Shown one piece after another: positions 25,421-37,155 of a stretch of DNA of 64,000 nt. The stretch is taken from positions 1,329,567 to 1,393,566 of the forward strand of contig MU053629.1 of NCBI GenBank assembly GCA_013239625.1, read 5' to 3'. The stretch comes from Lama guanicoe. Its lineage: Eukaryota. The notes beneath the pieces were generated by a model that saw only the letters and a list, made by a program, of their open reading frames with translations, did no database searches and was not told the origin of the DNA. Made by a program: the position numbers and the translations under genes. Every line of letters begins with the position of its first letter. Position 1 is the stretch's first letter.

Positions 25421-27644
25421 TCAGGGAAGAAGAAAAGTTTAACTTTTTAATTGAGCAGTAATGAGTAAGTGATTTCATAACAATACTTCAAACTATTTGT
25501 CTGCCAGTCCTATCTTCCCACCTACTGTGATCTTACAAATGTATTTAAGGCTGTGGACATGGAATAATTTATTGTACTTAGATTTCTGCCTGGGAAACCT
25601 TGAAATTCGAGAGCTGGAAGTGGCCTCGGAAGCGTTGTTAGTCTAGGTCCAGGTTCATTTTAAGCAACTGGCTATTCCTTTTACATGCTGATCAGTGCTT
25701 TTTACCACCTAGTACTCAGACCCAGCTGTTTCTAGTGCTTTTCTCTTTTAATTTAATTCGTGTTGGGTTCCTTCCTGTCCTGCTGTTAACTGGCTGCTCC
25801 CTGGGGTTATAGAATGGCAGTTGGATAAGATAGTTACACATAGGGTAGAAACAAGGGTTTGGGCGTCCATTTTCTCTGGTAGGTCTGAGCACATTAGTGA
25901 GTAGCATAAACTCAGGGGCGCATCTTGGATTCCTAGATAATGCTGCTGGCTCTCCAGCAAAAGACTCCCAGTCTTTTGTCCTAGCAAATGGGCATTGAGG
26001 TGGTGGTGGGGGACCTCCTCCTGCGTTGCCGGATAACCAGGCCAACACAGCTTCCCTTCAGAAGGGCCGTGAAAGGATTATGTATATGTTGAGATAATGA
26101 TCCCCTCAACCTAGGGATGCCTGGAGCCTCCAAGCAGGTCACTTCTGGCCCCGAGATGACACCACAATTTATGCACATGCTCTATTCAGATGTTACCATT
26201 TTTCATGCATGTCCTGACATGGAAAAGGTTAGGAAAGTAGGCTAGAGCAATCTCAAATTAGCCTCTAAGAGCCAAGGACAGTGCCTCTTAGAGAAGAATT
26301 GACTTATTTAGAGTAGAAGGTTAAACCTACTGTCTGTAAAAATAAGCTGATCACCATATCTTAAATCTGGTGTGATTTGAGATCATTTCTGTTTACTTCT
26401 TTGCTAAAACAAAAGTTATAAATTGAAAAAAAAATTTTTTTTAATGTCTTGGCCTGAAACCCTGCTATATGGATGTTGCAATACCCAAGGTATATTTTGA
26501 TTTTTTAGATTGGTGCGCATGATTTAATCTCTGTTCTGAATACCTCTCAGTTAGCTGTATTTCAGTATAGTTCTGACACCTAAGTTGCTTCTCTACTTAC
26601 ATGTTTTATCTGAGTAGTATCTCATTAAGTTGTCTAAACCTCCTTGCGCATCTCTCAAAATGTGCTTCTGAACTATTTATTTTACTTAAAATATATAAAA
26701 TTTAATGATTCTGACATTAAGGTAATTATTATAGTTATCAATTTTGAAATAAGCTTATTAAAATAGACTATTTTATCTCATTCATTTAAATGTTTTAAAT
26801 ATAATTTAATTTAAGGTCAGATAAAAGAGGAGTTTCTGAGGGGTTTTTGCTGACTTTGGCGTAGATATTTGGAATGTTCTCTGAAGAGGAATTGTCAGCT
26901 GCAGGTCCTTTTAATGAGTGGAAACTCGGGGGAAAAGTTCTGAGAATTAGTAGTCATGGTATATGTGGACATACGTTAACTGCTTTGTATAGAATCGCAG
27001 TCGCCAGAATTAACCCCTGGCAGCCGTTTTACTCTCTTTAGTATATGTTTAAGGGAAGGGAACTGAGCGTCACTGGGTGCTTTCTGTTTGCTAGGCCTCT
27101 TGTCGTGTACGTGATACCACTTGTCTCATGAACCCCTTACCGTAGCCGTGCGAGGTGGCGGTGGTGTCTGTCCTCTGTTGACAGATGAGGAAGCAGGCTC
27201 TGGAACCACCTCCTTAAGGCCGTAGAGTAAGAGACTGGCGCAGCCAGCAGGTGAGCCTCAGACTGTTAGTTCTGGAGCCCGTGCTTGCTTCATTATGCCG
27301 CATGATCTCTGACGTGTTCCTTTTGGGTCCACAGATTAACAGTTACATCCCTAGTAGGGTAACCAAGTCAGTTTGGTACATTTTTGTATTAAAGAAGGAA
27401 GGAGTTTTTTGGCAGGATCAGAGGCCAAGGGCAGGGATCAAGTCTTCGGTGTACTTGAACCAAAATGACATGGAGCATAGTTCTGGTCACCGTGCCCATC
27501 TCCTGCTTCCTCCTTTGGGGCTAGCTATGCACCATTTTTCTGAGAACTTTGAAAGTGTAAGTACTTCCTCAGAAATCCCGGGAGTCTGGTTAGGATGTGG
27601 GCTCTGAGCCAGCTACGGAGGCCTGGGATCAGACATTGCTGATA

Positions 27645-27963
27645 NNNNNNNNNNNNNNNNNNNNNNNNNNNNNNNNNNNNNNNNNNNNNNNNNNNNNNNN
27701 NNNNNNNNNNNNNNNNNNNNNNNNNNNNNNNNNNNNNNNNNNNNNNNNNNNNNNNNNNNNNNNNNNNNNNNNNNNNNNNNNNNNNNNNNNNNNNNNNNNN
27801 NNNNNNNNNNNNNNNNNNNNNNNNNNNNNNNNNNNNNNNNNNNNNNNNNNNNNNNNNNNNNNNNNNNNNNNNNNNNNNNNNNNNNNNNNNNNNNNNNNNN
27901 NNNNNNNNNNNNNNNNNNNNNNNNNNNNNNNNNNNNNNNNNNNNNNNNNNNNNNNNNNNNNNN
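27645..27963. other. Assembly gap (319 N)
   Basis: Run of N. Confidence 1.
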
Positions 27964-28413
27964 CTCTGAAGCATGAAATGAAGAGAAAAGGAATTCCTGC
28001 AAGTGCCAATGACACTTTTAAAAGAATCTTTATCAAGAATTTGGGAATAGTGTCTTTGAGATTTTTGAAGGTTGTTTTTACAATGTAGGCAACATTAGAA
28101 GTGTGGTTTTGCTCAAGAAAGAATTGGGTTGTCATATGGTACTAAAATCTGGGTTTAAAATATTGATGGGATAAAGAAAGAACCGTTTCAAAGGATGGTG
28201 GCAGCTTAGTTGATGATGGGCTGCCATGCTTTACTCTCGTTACCTCTGTTGCAGAGAGGATAGTCTAGACTTCAGTTTTGATTCCTGTAGGGTAGAACCT
28301 CTTGAAGGCTCTCATTCTCACTTCTACTAAACAGCAGCGTCAGTCATTCCAGCGAGTTGTTTGGCAGAGGTGAATGCTGGAAGCTCTATCACTGATGCCC
28401 CTCCTTCTCCAGG

Positions 28414-29060
28414 TGTCCTGTTATCTCTTGCTGCATAACAAACTGTCTTACACCTTAGTGACTTACAGCAACCCTTTTATTTTGCTTATGATCTTAGGAT
28501 GGGTCAGGAGTTCAGGAGGAACTTGGCTGGTGTGGTATCGGCCGGAGAACCTGAGGCTGGAGCATCCACTTCCAGGATGGCTTCTTAAGTCACATGTCTT
28601 GTGCCCCTGTGTCCTGGTCTCCATTTCTGCCCCTCTCCCTTTTCCACCTACCCCTCCCCTCCCCAGCCTCTGTGGTATCATATTCTGCAAGGTATGTGCC
28701 TGTGTGTCCTGGTCTCCGTTTCTGCCCCTCTCCCTTTCCCACCTACCCCTCCCCTCCCCAGCCTCTGTGGTATATTCTGCAAGGTCTCTCTGTGTCATTT
28801 GGTTTCTCATAGGATGTTGGTCTCAGGGTGATTAGGCGTCTCACGTGGTGGCTGGCTTTCCCAAGAGCAAGCATTCCAAGCAGTAGAAAGAAGAAGCTGT
28901 CATTTTCTGAAAACCTAGACCTGCAAACTGACACGCAGTCCCTTCAGCCATACTCAGTTGGCCAGGGCACTGACAGAGCCTGCCCAGGTTGCATGGAAGA
29001 GGACGCAGATGAGCCTCTGATGGGAGGCGTGTCAAGGACTTTGAGGTCATCTTTAATCTG
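28414..29060. mobile_element. MaLR MLT1-type LTR with an internal ~95-bp tandem duplication (28600-28784)
   Basis: TTATCTCTTGCTGCATAACAAA..CTTAGTGACTTA start and GGCTGGAGCATCCACTTCCAGGATGGCTTC motif typical of MLT1 LTRs. Confidence 0.65.
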
Positions 29061-29854
29061 TAGTAGGGCCTTTAAACAGAGAGGGGAGAATGGCTATGAG
29101 AAATCCTGAACTGTGACTTTACCAGAAAACAATTTACTCATCTAATGATTCAGGAGACATTAACATTGCTCACATTGAAGAAGAATGGGACCAAGGCAAG
29201 AGAAAACTGCCAGAGGAGGAAGGTGGAGAAGATTGCCTTTCCTACAAGATAAGCTTTATTTCACCACTGCCTTCCTGCCTTGGCCCTGGACGCTGGGCTC
29301 TGTGATCTCTGAGTCCCAGCCGGCCGCTTCTGACCGCTGTGGGTGTGGGGCTCATGCTCAGTCTCCCAGCCCTGCCTTGGCTCCCTTCCTGGGCCCTGGG
29401 CACCTCCAGTTGCTCTGTATGGGAGCTCCCTTGTTCCCCTGATCCAGACGGTCATCTTTGATCTATAGTAGGGCCTTTAAACAGAGACGAGAGAGTGTCT
29501 ATGAGAAATCCTGAACTGTGACTTTACCAGAAAACAATTTACTCATCTAATGATTCAGGAGACATTAACATTGCTCACATTGAAGAAGAATGGGACCAAG
29601 GCAAGAGAAAACTGCCAGAGGAGGAAGGTGGAGAAGATTGCCTTTCCTACAAGATAAGCTTTATTTCACCACTGCCTTCCTGCCCTGGCCCTGGATGCTG
29701 GGCTCTGTGAGCTCTGTGAGTCCCAGCCGGCTGCTTCTGACCACTGTGGGTGTGGGGCTCATGCTCAGTCTCCCAGCCCTGCCTTGGCTCCCTTCCTGGG
29801 CCCTGGGCACCTCCTGTTGCTCTGTATGGGAGCTCTCCTGTTCCCCTGATCCAG
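29045..29854. repeat. Tandem duplication, period 405 bp (29045-29447 / 29450-29854)
   Basis: GGTCATCTTT...CCCCTGATCCAG present twice with scattered substitutions; duplicated ORFs 29185 and 29590 in the ORF track. Confidence 0.97.
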
Positions 29855-30797
29855 GGAACCCAGCGCCCACTCCCAGAACGAGCAGCCTTGGGTTTGGCTG
29901 ATTGAGTGATAGGCAGTGGTTCTGGCTGCCCTCGGGCTGCTGTGGCACCTCTGGCATTGCTCAGTGTAGCTGGCTTCCCTGGACTACATTATGGCCGAGT
30001 CCCTGCTCTCTCTATGTGACGTTACCACTCTTTCCCCCTGTGATTTCAGAAGATTCAAGTTGAAGACAGCAGAGACTTCAGAATTTTCAGCATAGAACAG
30101 GCTTGTGAACATTTGGTTCAGAGCATCTGTGGTATAAAGAAGATTACATGCCTTTCTCCCAAACATTTAAAAATATGTCAGTTGGAGTGTAAGCTGGGTT
30201 ACTTCTGGAATATGTTTCTACTTACGTATGTACTGGAATATTTATAGAATTGTTACGCTAATTCTGCCCTGTCCTCTGATTTCAAGAGGGATAACTGTTT
30301 TACTACAGGTTGCTCTGTATGGGAGCTCCCTTGTTCCCCTGATCCAGGGAACCCAGTGCCCACTCCCAGAACGAGCAGCCTTGGGTTCGGGTGATTGAGC
30401 GACAGGCAGTGGTTCTGGCTGCCCTCGGGCTGCTGTGGCACTTTTGGCATTGCTCGGTGTAGCTGGCTTCCCTGTACTACGTTATGGCCGAGTCTCTGTT
30501 CTCTCTATGTGACGTTATCACTCTTCCCCACTGTGATTTCAGAAGATTCAAGTTGAAGACAGCAGAGACTTCAGGACTTTCAGCATAGAATAGGCTTGTG
30601 AACATACAATTCAAAGAGCATCTGTGGTATAAAGATTATATACCTTTTCCCAAACATTTAAAAATATGTCAGTTGGAGGGTAAGCTGGGTTACTCCTAGA
30701 ATATGTTTCTACTTACATATGTACTGAAATATTTATAGAATTTTTATGCTAATTCTGCCCTGTCCTCCAGTTTCAAGAGGAATAACCATTTTACTAC
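29816..30797. repeat. Tandem duplication, period 493 bp (29816-30306 / 30309-30797)
   Basis: GTTGCTCTGTATGGGAGC...TTTTACTAC twice, with many substitutions and small indels. Confidence 0.97.
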
Positions 30798-31021
30798 TGA
30801 TGCTTTTATGGAGAGAGAGAAAGAGAAAGAATTTTGAATAACTGCTGCAAACATTTTTTCATTGATCATGTTTTTACAAACCTGTAGAGCTGTAATCTTG
30901 GATTTTGGTGGATCTTACCACATATTTAATAATTTAGAATAAGTTTGTTTCATTAGGACAACATTTTAATACCAGTATCTTTAAATTTAAGACATTTAAA
31001 ACAATTTTTTATTATAGAAGA

Positions 31022-31891
31022 AGTAATGCTTTTTGAAAAAATTCAAACAGTATAGTTGAAAGTAGGTCCATGTGGGTCTAATCCCCATCCCATTCTTTTT
31101 TACGTGGCTGTTAGCATGTATACACCCTCCTAGACTTTAAACATTTTATATACAAGTATATAGTATACACAGAAGCACATAGTGTGGAATCTTTTTGAAG
31201 CAAAATGACAACTTTCTGGACTTACACTGCTTCGCAGCAGTCCATACCTTCAGACACCAAGTTTGAGTCCCAGTTCCGTCACTTACTAATGTATTAGCAA
31301 GGCATATAACCCCTGTGCCTCAGCTTCCTTACCTATAAAACAGACCAAATAATAGTACGCACTTGCTTGGGTTGTAGAGAGTTAAATGAAATAATAGTTA
31401 TAACAGTGTGTAGTGGTGGTTGGCACATAGTATGTACTAGATAAATACTAACCAGAGTAATGCTTTTTGAAAAAATTCAAAGTGTATAGCTGAAAGTAGG
31501 TCCATGTGGCTCTAATCCCCTGTCCCATTGTTTTTACGTGACTGGTAACAGTTACTATACACCCTCCTAGACATTAAACATTTTATATACGGATATATAA
31601 TACATATACAGAAAAACATAGCATGGAATCTTTTTAAAGCAAAAATGACAACTTTCTGGACTTACTGCTTCGCAGCAGTCCATGCCTTCAGACACCGAGT
31701 TTGAATCCCAGTTCCGTCACTTACTAATGTATTAGCAAGGCATATAACCCCTGTGCCTCAGCTTCCTTACCTATAAAACAGACCAAATAATAGTACGCAC
31801 TTCCTTGGGTTGTAGAGAGTTAAATGAAGTAATAGTTAGAACGGTGTGTAGTGGTGGTTGGCACATAGGATGTAAGAGAGAAATACTAACC
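31022..31891. repeat. Tandem duplication, period 434 bp (31022-31453 / 31456-31891), each copy carrying a MIR
   Basis: AGTAATGCTTTTTGAAAAAATTC...AAATACTAACC twice; MIR core CTGTGCCTCAGCTTCCTTACCTATAAAA in both. Confidence 0.97.
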
Positions 31892-32167
31892 TTTAAAACA
31901 AACTCATGTTACGGATGTTTTCTTAAGAGTTGCTGATCTTTTCGAGTGTTGCACTTTAAAACATTCTCTGTGTTGCGGGTTGGGTAGTGTTCTGAGCCTT
32001 ACTGTTGTAGCAGCATGTCTGTACTGGGTTTGTACAGCGGTTCCACACGCTTCCCACCCTCGCTGTTGCAGTGAGTTGCTGTTTCTGATGGGCAATGAGA
32101 TGGGGATGTGTTTGCCTTTAGATTATACTGATTAGCAATTAATCTTTTTGCTAAGCCTTGAAAGAAA

Positions 32168-32184
32168 NNNNNNNNNNNNNNNNN
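32168..32184. other. Assembly gap (17 N)
   Basis: Run of N. Confidence 1.
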
Positions 32185-33509
32185 ATGCACTATAAGTGGC
32201 TTGCCTGTCAGTGCTGTGTGCTTGAACTGTTTTTCTGTAGAGACAGTGACTAAGTTGTGTCATAAGCACTAGTGCGTGGTGTTTTACAAAAAAAAATTCA
32301 GAATTCCAGGAGAATTGTTGATGGGCTTTGACTATCACATGTATTCTGTATTATTTGGTTCTGTGTAGTGAATACTAAGGATATTGAAGACCAGTGGTTA
32401 TGTGGGGGGAACATTACACTCAGTGAGGGTGCCGCTTCATCTTGTGAACACCACTCGAAAACGTTCGTGGCTAAATAGGCCCCTTTCAGCACGGAGTTCC
32501 CTGGTTTTCTGCCCTTCTCTATCTCTTGATGAAGAAGCAGACTGCTGTTCTCTGGAATGTAGATCACTTGGTTGCCTTCCCTCTGCCTCTGTGCCCTGTC
32601 AGTTCTCACCCCCAGGTTTCCGGGAGAGTTAAAGCTTGGGGGGGGTGCGGGGGGCTTTAGGAAAAGGACATGAGTGTGAGCGTGTTTTGCAGGCTGGGCT
32701 CCTGCTCCTTTGTGGGGAATGGCCCTCGCTCAGGAGAGGATCAGACTCTCCACTCCCTCCCAAGGGGCGCTGCCGCCCACTTGCAGGGCTTGTGAAGAGG
32801 AGGGGAGGAGAGCAGGGCTGGGGAGGCTCCTGAGGCTGAGGCTGCAGCAGGAGGAGGGGAGATGAGGGAGCTCGACAGCACCAGCCTCCCAGGCTGTGAG
32901 GCCCTGGGGGCTGAGAAGGGAGACACCCAGCTGGGGTTGGAAGAATCTAAGTATATGGGAGAGATGGCTGGAGGAGAGTAACTTTGAGGACGTTGTATAA
33001 TCTGAGCGAAAGAAGACAAGACTGTTTATGAGATCCAGAACCCTGCTATGGCCACATGTAACTTGGGTAACTTGGGAGAAATACACTGCATGGCTTCCTG
33101 GCCTTGACGTCACCTTGAAGTGTAATTAGGCATAATAAAAAGAGCCTTTATAAGTTTTCAGACTTACCTTTTTGAACTTCTACAAGGTTCCATCCTTTTT
33201 ATCCTCTTTCTCTCATGTACCAGCATTTAAGATTAAAACAATAAAAAGCTTCAGTTTAATATTTTTATGTTTTGCTGAATAGATAGTATATTTATAACTT
33301 AAAAACATTTTATTGCCTATGGTTTTATTATATACACACACATGCACACACAATATAATATTTCAGTTATGCTATGATTCTTGTAGTGTTTTATAGAAGA
33401 GCCTGGAAAATTCTAAGGCAGTTTCCATAGGAAATGTGTTCATTCTACAGATAAACTTGGAACTTGTCTGCCTATAAATTGAGACTACCTTTTATACTAA
33501 AATATTTCC

Positions 33510-33775
33510 TCTGGCTCCAAGTCTGGCAACACGGCCTCCCTGACCGTCTCTGGGCTCTGGTCTGAGGGCGAGGCTGATTATTACTGCGCCTCATATAGAA
33601 GCGGTGGCCCTTTTGCGCAGTGGTCCTAGTTCATGGGGAGGTGAGACCAAAACCCACCCTGAGCTCACTCAGCTCTTCTCTCCCAAACTCAGGCTTTCAT
33701 ATTTTTCTTATTAGTTTGTTCTGAAGTAATTAGAAAATTAAATAAAAATTTAAAGATTTCATGAAGGAAAAAAAA
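33510..33775 (+). pseudogene. 5'-truncated processed orphon fragment of an unrearranged immunoglobulin lambda variable gene (IGLV2-like FR3-CDR3 + RSS + 3' flank + A-tail)
   Basis: 33510-33614 translates [35 protein letters not shown] (V-lambda FR3 with YYC); RSS follows directly; AATAAA 33741-33746; A8 at 33768-33775; flanking direct repeats AAAATATTTCC (33499-33509) and AAGATATTTCC (33774-33784). Confidence 0.93.
33616..33654 (+). other. 23-bp-spacer recombination signal sequence (degenerate heptamer)
   Basis: Heptamer CGCAGTG (consensus CACAGTG) 33616-33622, exactly 23-nt spacer GTCCTAGTTCATGGGGAGGTGAG, nonamer ACCAAAACC 33646-33654 (consensus ACAAAAACC); V-lambda genes use 23-RSS. Confidence 0.92.
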
Positions 33776-34306
33776 GATATTTCCCGCTAAGGTGATTAAA
33801 ATAAATGATTTTAAGATTATTTGTAGTATTCTTTTATTCATGCTATGCTCTGTTCTATCCTTAGTTTTTCGAGATTTTAAAGTAAAAAGATAAATTTAAG
33901 AATTGAGGGTTTAAAGCCAATATTTTTCATTCTGTTCTTGGGCACATCTCTGGCTAAGGTGTGTGTACACAGAGTGAAAATTCTCCAAAGCAATGTAACG
34001 AAGGGCTTCCGAATGCCCCCTAATACCCATTGCTGTAGCTTCCTGGCCTTCAAGTGTTTCTGGTGGGAAAGTATGAAGCTCTCAGAGAGTGCTGTCATTT
34101 AAATAGCCAAAGTCAGTTGTCCTAACACACGTCGTCTTAGTTTTCTTTCTGTAAATATTTGTGATAGAAGAAAACGGGTTCCTTAACTCAGAAAGTGAGG
34201 CCTTTTTTGAGATTTGGTAAAAGGCACACTTATTTCCAATGTTCTGGAAAGTCAGTACTATTTTATTTCCTTTTATTCTTTGTCCTCATCCCTGTCTTAA
34301 GTGCCT

Positions 34307-34495
34307 ATTTATTTATTTATTTGAAATGCAATTCACATAATATAAAATTAACCATTTTAAGGTGAACGGTTTGATTCAGTGCATTTAATACATCTCCACC
34401 TACCACCTGTCTTGTTCCCAGATATTTTCATCACCCCAAAATAAACCCCATACCTGTTAAGCAGTTGCTCCCCATTCTTTCCTCCCCTCAGCCTT
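34307..34495 (-). mobile_element. L1 (L1MA/MB-like) 3' end fragment
   Basis: (TTTA)n tail then CAATTCACATAATATAAAATTAACCATTTTAAGG..CATCACCCCAAAA, typical reverse-strand L1M 3'UTR. Confidence 0.65.
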
Positions 34496-35260
34496 AGGGT
34501 ACCTTTTTTAAAATTTGAAATTGAGAAATTAAAAAAATTAATGAAACTTTGTGTTATAATTGATGTAAGGCTAGATTTAGTCTGTTCTAATGGTTGTAAA
34601 ATTAGATCACAAAACTGTATATAATTTGTGTATATTTATAACCATAAGGGGGAAAAGGAATACTTGGTAGGAAACACACCAAAGTAACAGTGATTTTGCT
34701 CTAGATTTTCTTTTCTTCATTTAAAGGAGGGGGAAAAAATCTTCCCATAATTACACAACAAAACAAAAATAAAAACATATTTAAAAGCTTGGGCCTAAAC
34801 TTACTATTATTATAACATAATTATTTCAGGATAATATTAAACTTCTTTTGGGTTGAGTACAATTTTATTTTTAGTATTTTTTGAAAGAAAAATATTTGCT
34901 GGAGGAACAGAACTACATAATATTTGTAGTTTTTCAACCCTCCAGATTATCTCAGATCATGAATTGTTGTTTCAAGTAAGCTGTGTTCTAATTTATTTTT
35001 CACTTAAAAATGAATTTCATGGGACTTTGTTTTCAAACTATAAAAACATCATATTCTTGTTGATAGAAATTAAATACCACAGGGGTATACAAATAAAAAG
35101 CTACCAGTCTCCCTTCACAATAGTCTTCTTTTGTATCTGCTTAAAATAATTGTTAGCAGTTTGGCAGTCTTATTAGCCTTTGTCATGTGGCTTACACGCA
35201 CATATAATAAAATCGGACCTAACTGAGTGAAAATCTCAAAATGCCTTTAGGGTGGCCCCA

Positions 35261-35282
<22 letters not shown>

Positions 35283-35291
<9 letters not shown>

Positions 35292-35375
35292 TTTTAATGG
35301 AGTTACTGGGGATTGAACCCAGGACCTCAGGTATGCTTGGCATGCACTGTACCACTGAGCAGTCCTCCCCACCTC
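35283..35375 (-). mobile_element. tRNA-derived camelid-type SINE, with adjacent (TC)n at 35261-35282
   Basis: Reverse strand reads GCTCAGTGGTACAGTGCATGCC...GAGGTCCTGGGTTCAATCCCCAGTAACTCCATT-A(n): pol III A and B boxes plus A tail. Confidence 0.85.
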
Positions 35376-37094
35376 CCAACCCTGACTCCCAGCCTCCCTC
35401 CACTCCCCCTTTCTATCAGTTAATGTAAATGTGTGAATGCACCCGGGAAAGGCAAGGCCCCAGGCTAACTGCAGGGGGAATCTTACCACGGAAAGCTTTC
35501 TTATTGAAAAATAGTTAGTGCCCTGTTCTGGCCAGACAGGCAGTGCATCACTGCACTCTCCTAGCCTTCCTTGCCCTCTCCTTCCTCTCAAGCATAGAAT
35601 GAATGTATGTCAAAAATTGATTCGTCTCCTTAATGAGGGAACCAGCAGGATGGTAAAGCTGATTCCAAGAGCGTTTGAGAAATCAAGTGTATGCAGACAC
35701 TGAAGAATGAATGTTGAAATAAATTGCTAGACTAAATAAGTTGCTAGACTAGATACAAAATTGGTTAACGTCCTGCAGGTAGTAAAACCATAACCTTTGG
35801 AGTCTGCTGGACAGAAATTATCTCTACCAAATAAAATATACAAGTTTACCTGTAACGTTATGGAATTTGGGTCCTAATCAGTAGTAAACAGCAGGCCAAA
35901 CAATGGTATTTTAACTAAATAATCTTTGGGATATTTATTGTACAGTATGTTTCATTACACACTGAAAGTGCTTGTAGTTCTTGATTCACTTTTTTTCCAG
36001 GTTTGGCTGATTTTTCTTAACAATGAGATGTGTGATTAAGCAAGACCAATATAGTGTAGATCAGATCTTGGAAGAGCTTGGTATCTTAAAGTAAGGAATT
36101 TAAACCTCCATTCAACAACTGTTTATTGAGCACATACTGTGTGCCCGGCAGTGGACTTGTCGTAGTCCCGAGTGTGTGACTGTGCTTTGGTGCCCCTCCC
36201 GTGCCCCTAGGAGGCCCACTGGTGGTTCTCAAGTGGTTGCATTAGGGTGTCACCTGGGAAGTTGCTTTTCTCAGAATAGACATGTCCTTTGTCCTTCTGT
36301 CCCAACCTCAATGTAGATGTCCCTGCTTGAGTAGAGCATATGTGTTTAGAAAAAGCTTTACAGGTGATTTTTATATCCCTTTCCTTTAAAAAAATATTGT
36401 TGTGTTTATTGGGCTTTCGTTAAAAGGAATCGAATGAGTAAACAGCAAGCGAAATTGCAATCAATATTTTTAAAAGTTTCCATACCCCTTCTTGGCTGCC
36501 CCATCTCTATAATAAAACTAAAATATTGTCCTGATTATACCCTCAGCAAGAACTACATGCCATTGTCATATTAGAATTACATTTAATCCAACTCAGACAT
36601 TAATTTGGGAAGAACTGGGCTTAGTCTTCTAATTGTATCCTTAAGTTATGCCTCTCGCTGAAGAAACTGAAAGAGTTGTCATTTGTTTGTAGAAGTATAT
36701 GATCTGCATGGCAAAGACGTGATTGAAAAATTAGACTTTAAAATGTTTTTAATGAGGAAAAAAGACTGTCATTAACTTATTGGAGACTGTGGTAAAAGGG
36801 AATAAGTAATAGAGGAGAAAAGTGTATATGTGTTTAACTTGTGGTGAAACTATTTAAGTCAACAATTAAAATGAGCAGCTGTTGTGGACATGAGTTTAAA
36901 TTCTCTTTGGTTTAACTTTAATTCGGCAGCCACTTTGTGTAAATGCACTCACACAGCAGGGATTTGTGATTTCACTACGCCTCAGCAGCCATGGAATTTA
37001 TAACTTAATCACAGGATGTGATATTACAGATTAGTGGAGAAACTGGGAAATAACATGATACAATTGGTATATTGTGTATTTTTCTTTTTATTAG

Positions 37095-37155
37095 TGTGCC
37101 GGTCCAACAAAAGCCCCTGGGTCTGTCTGACTTGTTCAAGTGTCCACTGTGGAAG
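37095..37155 (+). CDS. USP3: USP3 coding exon 2 (61 nt): VCRSNKSPWVCLTCSSVHCGR, ZnF-UBP part
   Basis: Acceptor tttctttttattag|, donor AAG|GTAGGT; frame continues from exon 1; W-x-C-L-x-C-x3-H-C-G-R motif of ZnF-UBP domains. Confidence 0.97.

Noticed and set aside
27525..28135. ORFs spanning the 319-N gap
   Set aside because: Artefacts of N translation.
29185..29901. Duplicated ORF MGPRQEKTARGGRWRRLPF...
   Set aside because: By-product of the 405-bp duplication; frames diverge between copies and no recognisable domain.
29045..31891. CRISPR-like or satellite array interpretation of the repeats
   Set aside because: Mammalian intron; each unit occurs only twice, with no repeat-spacer structure.
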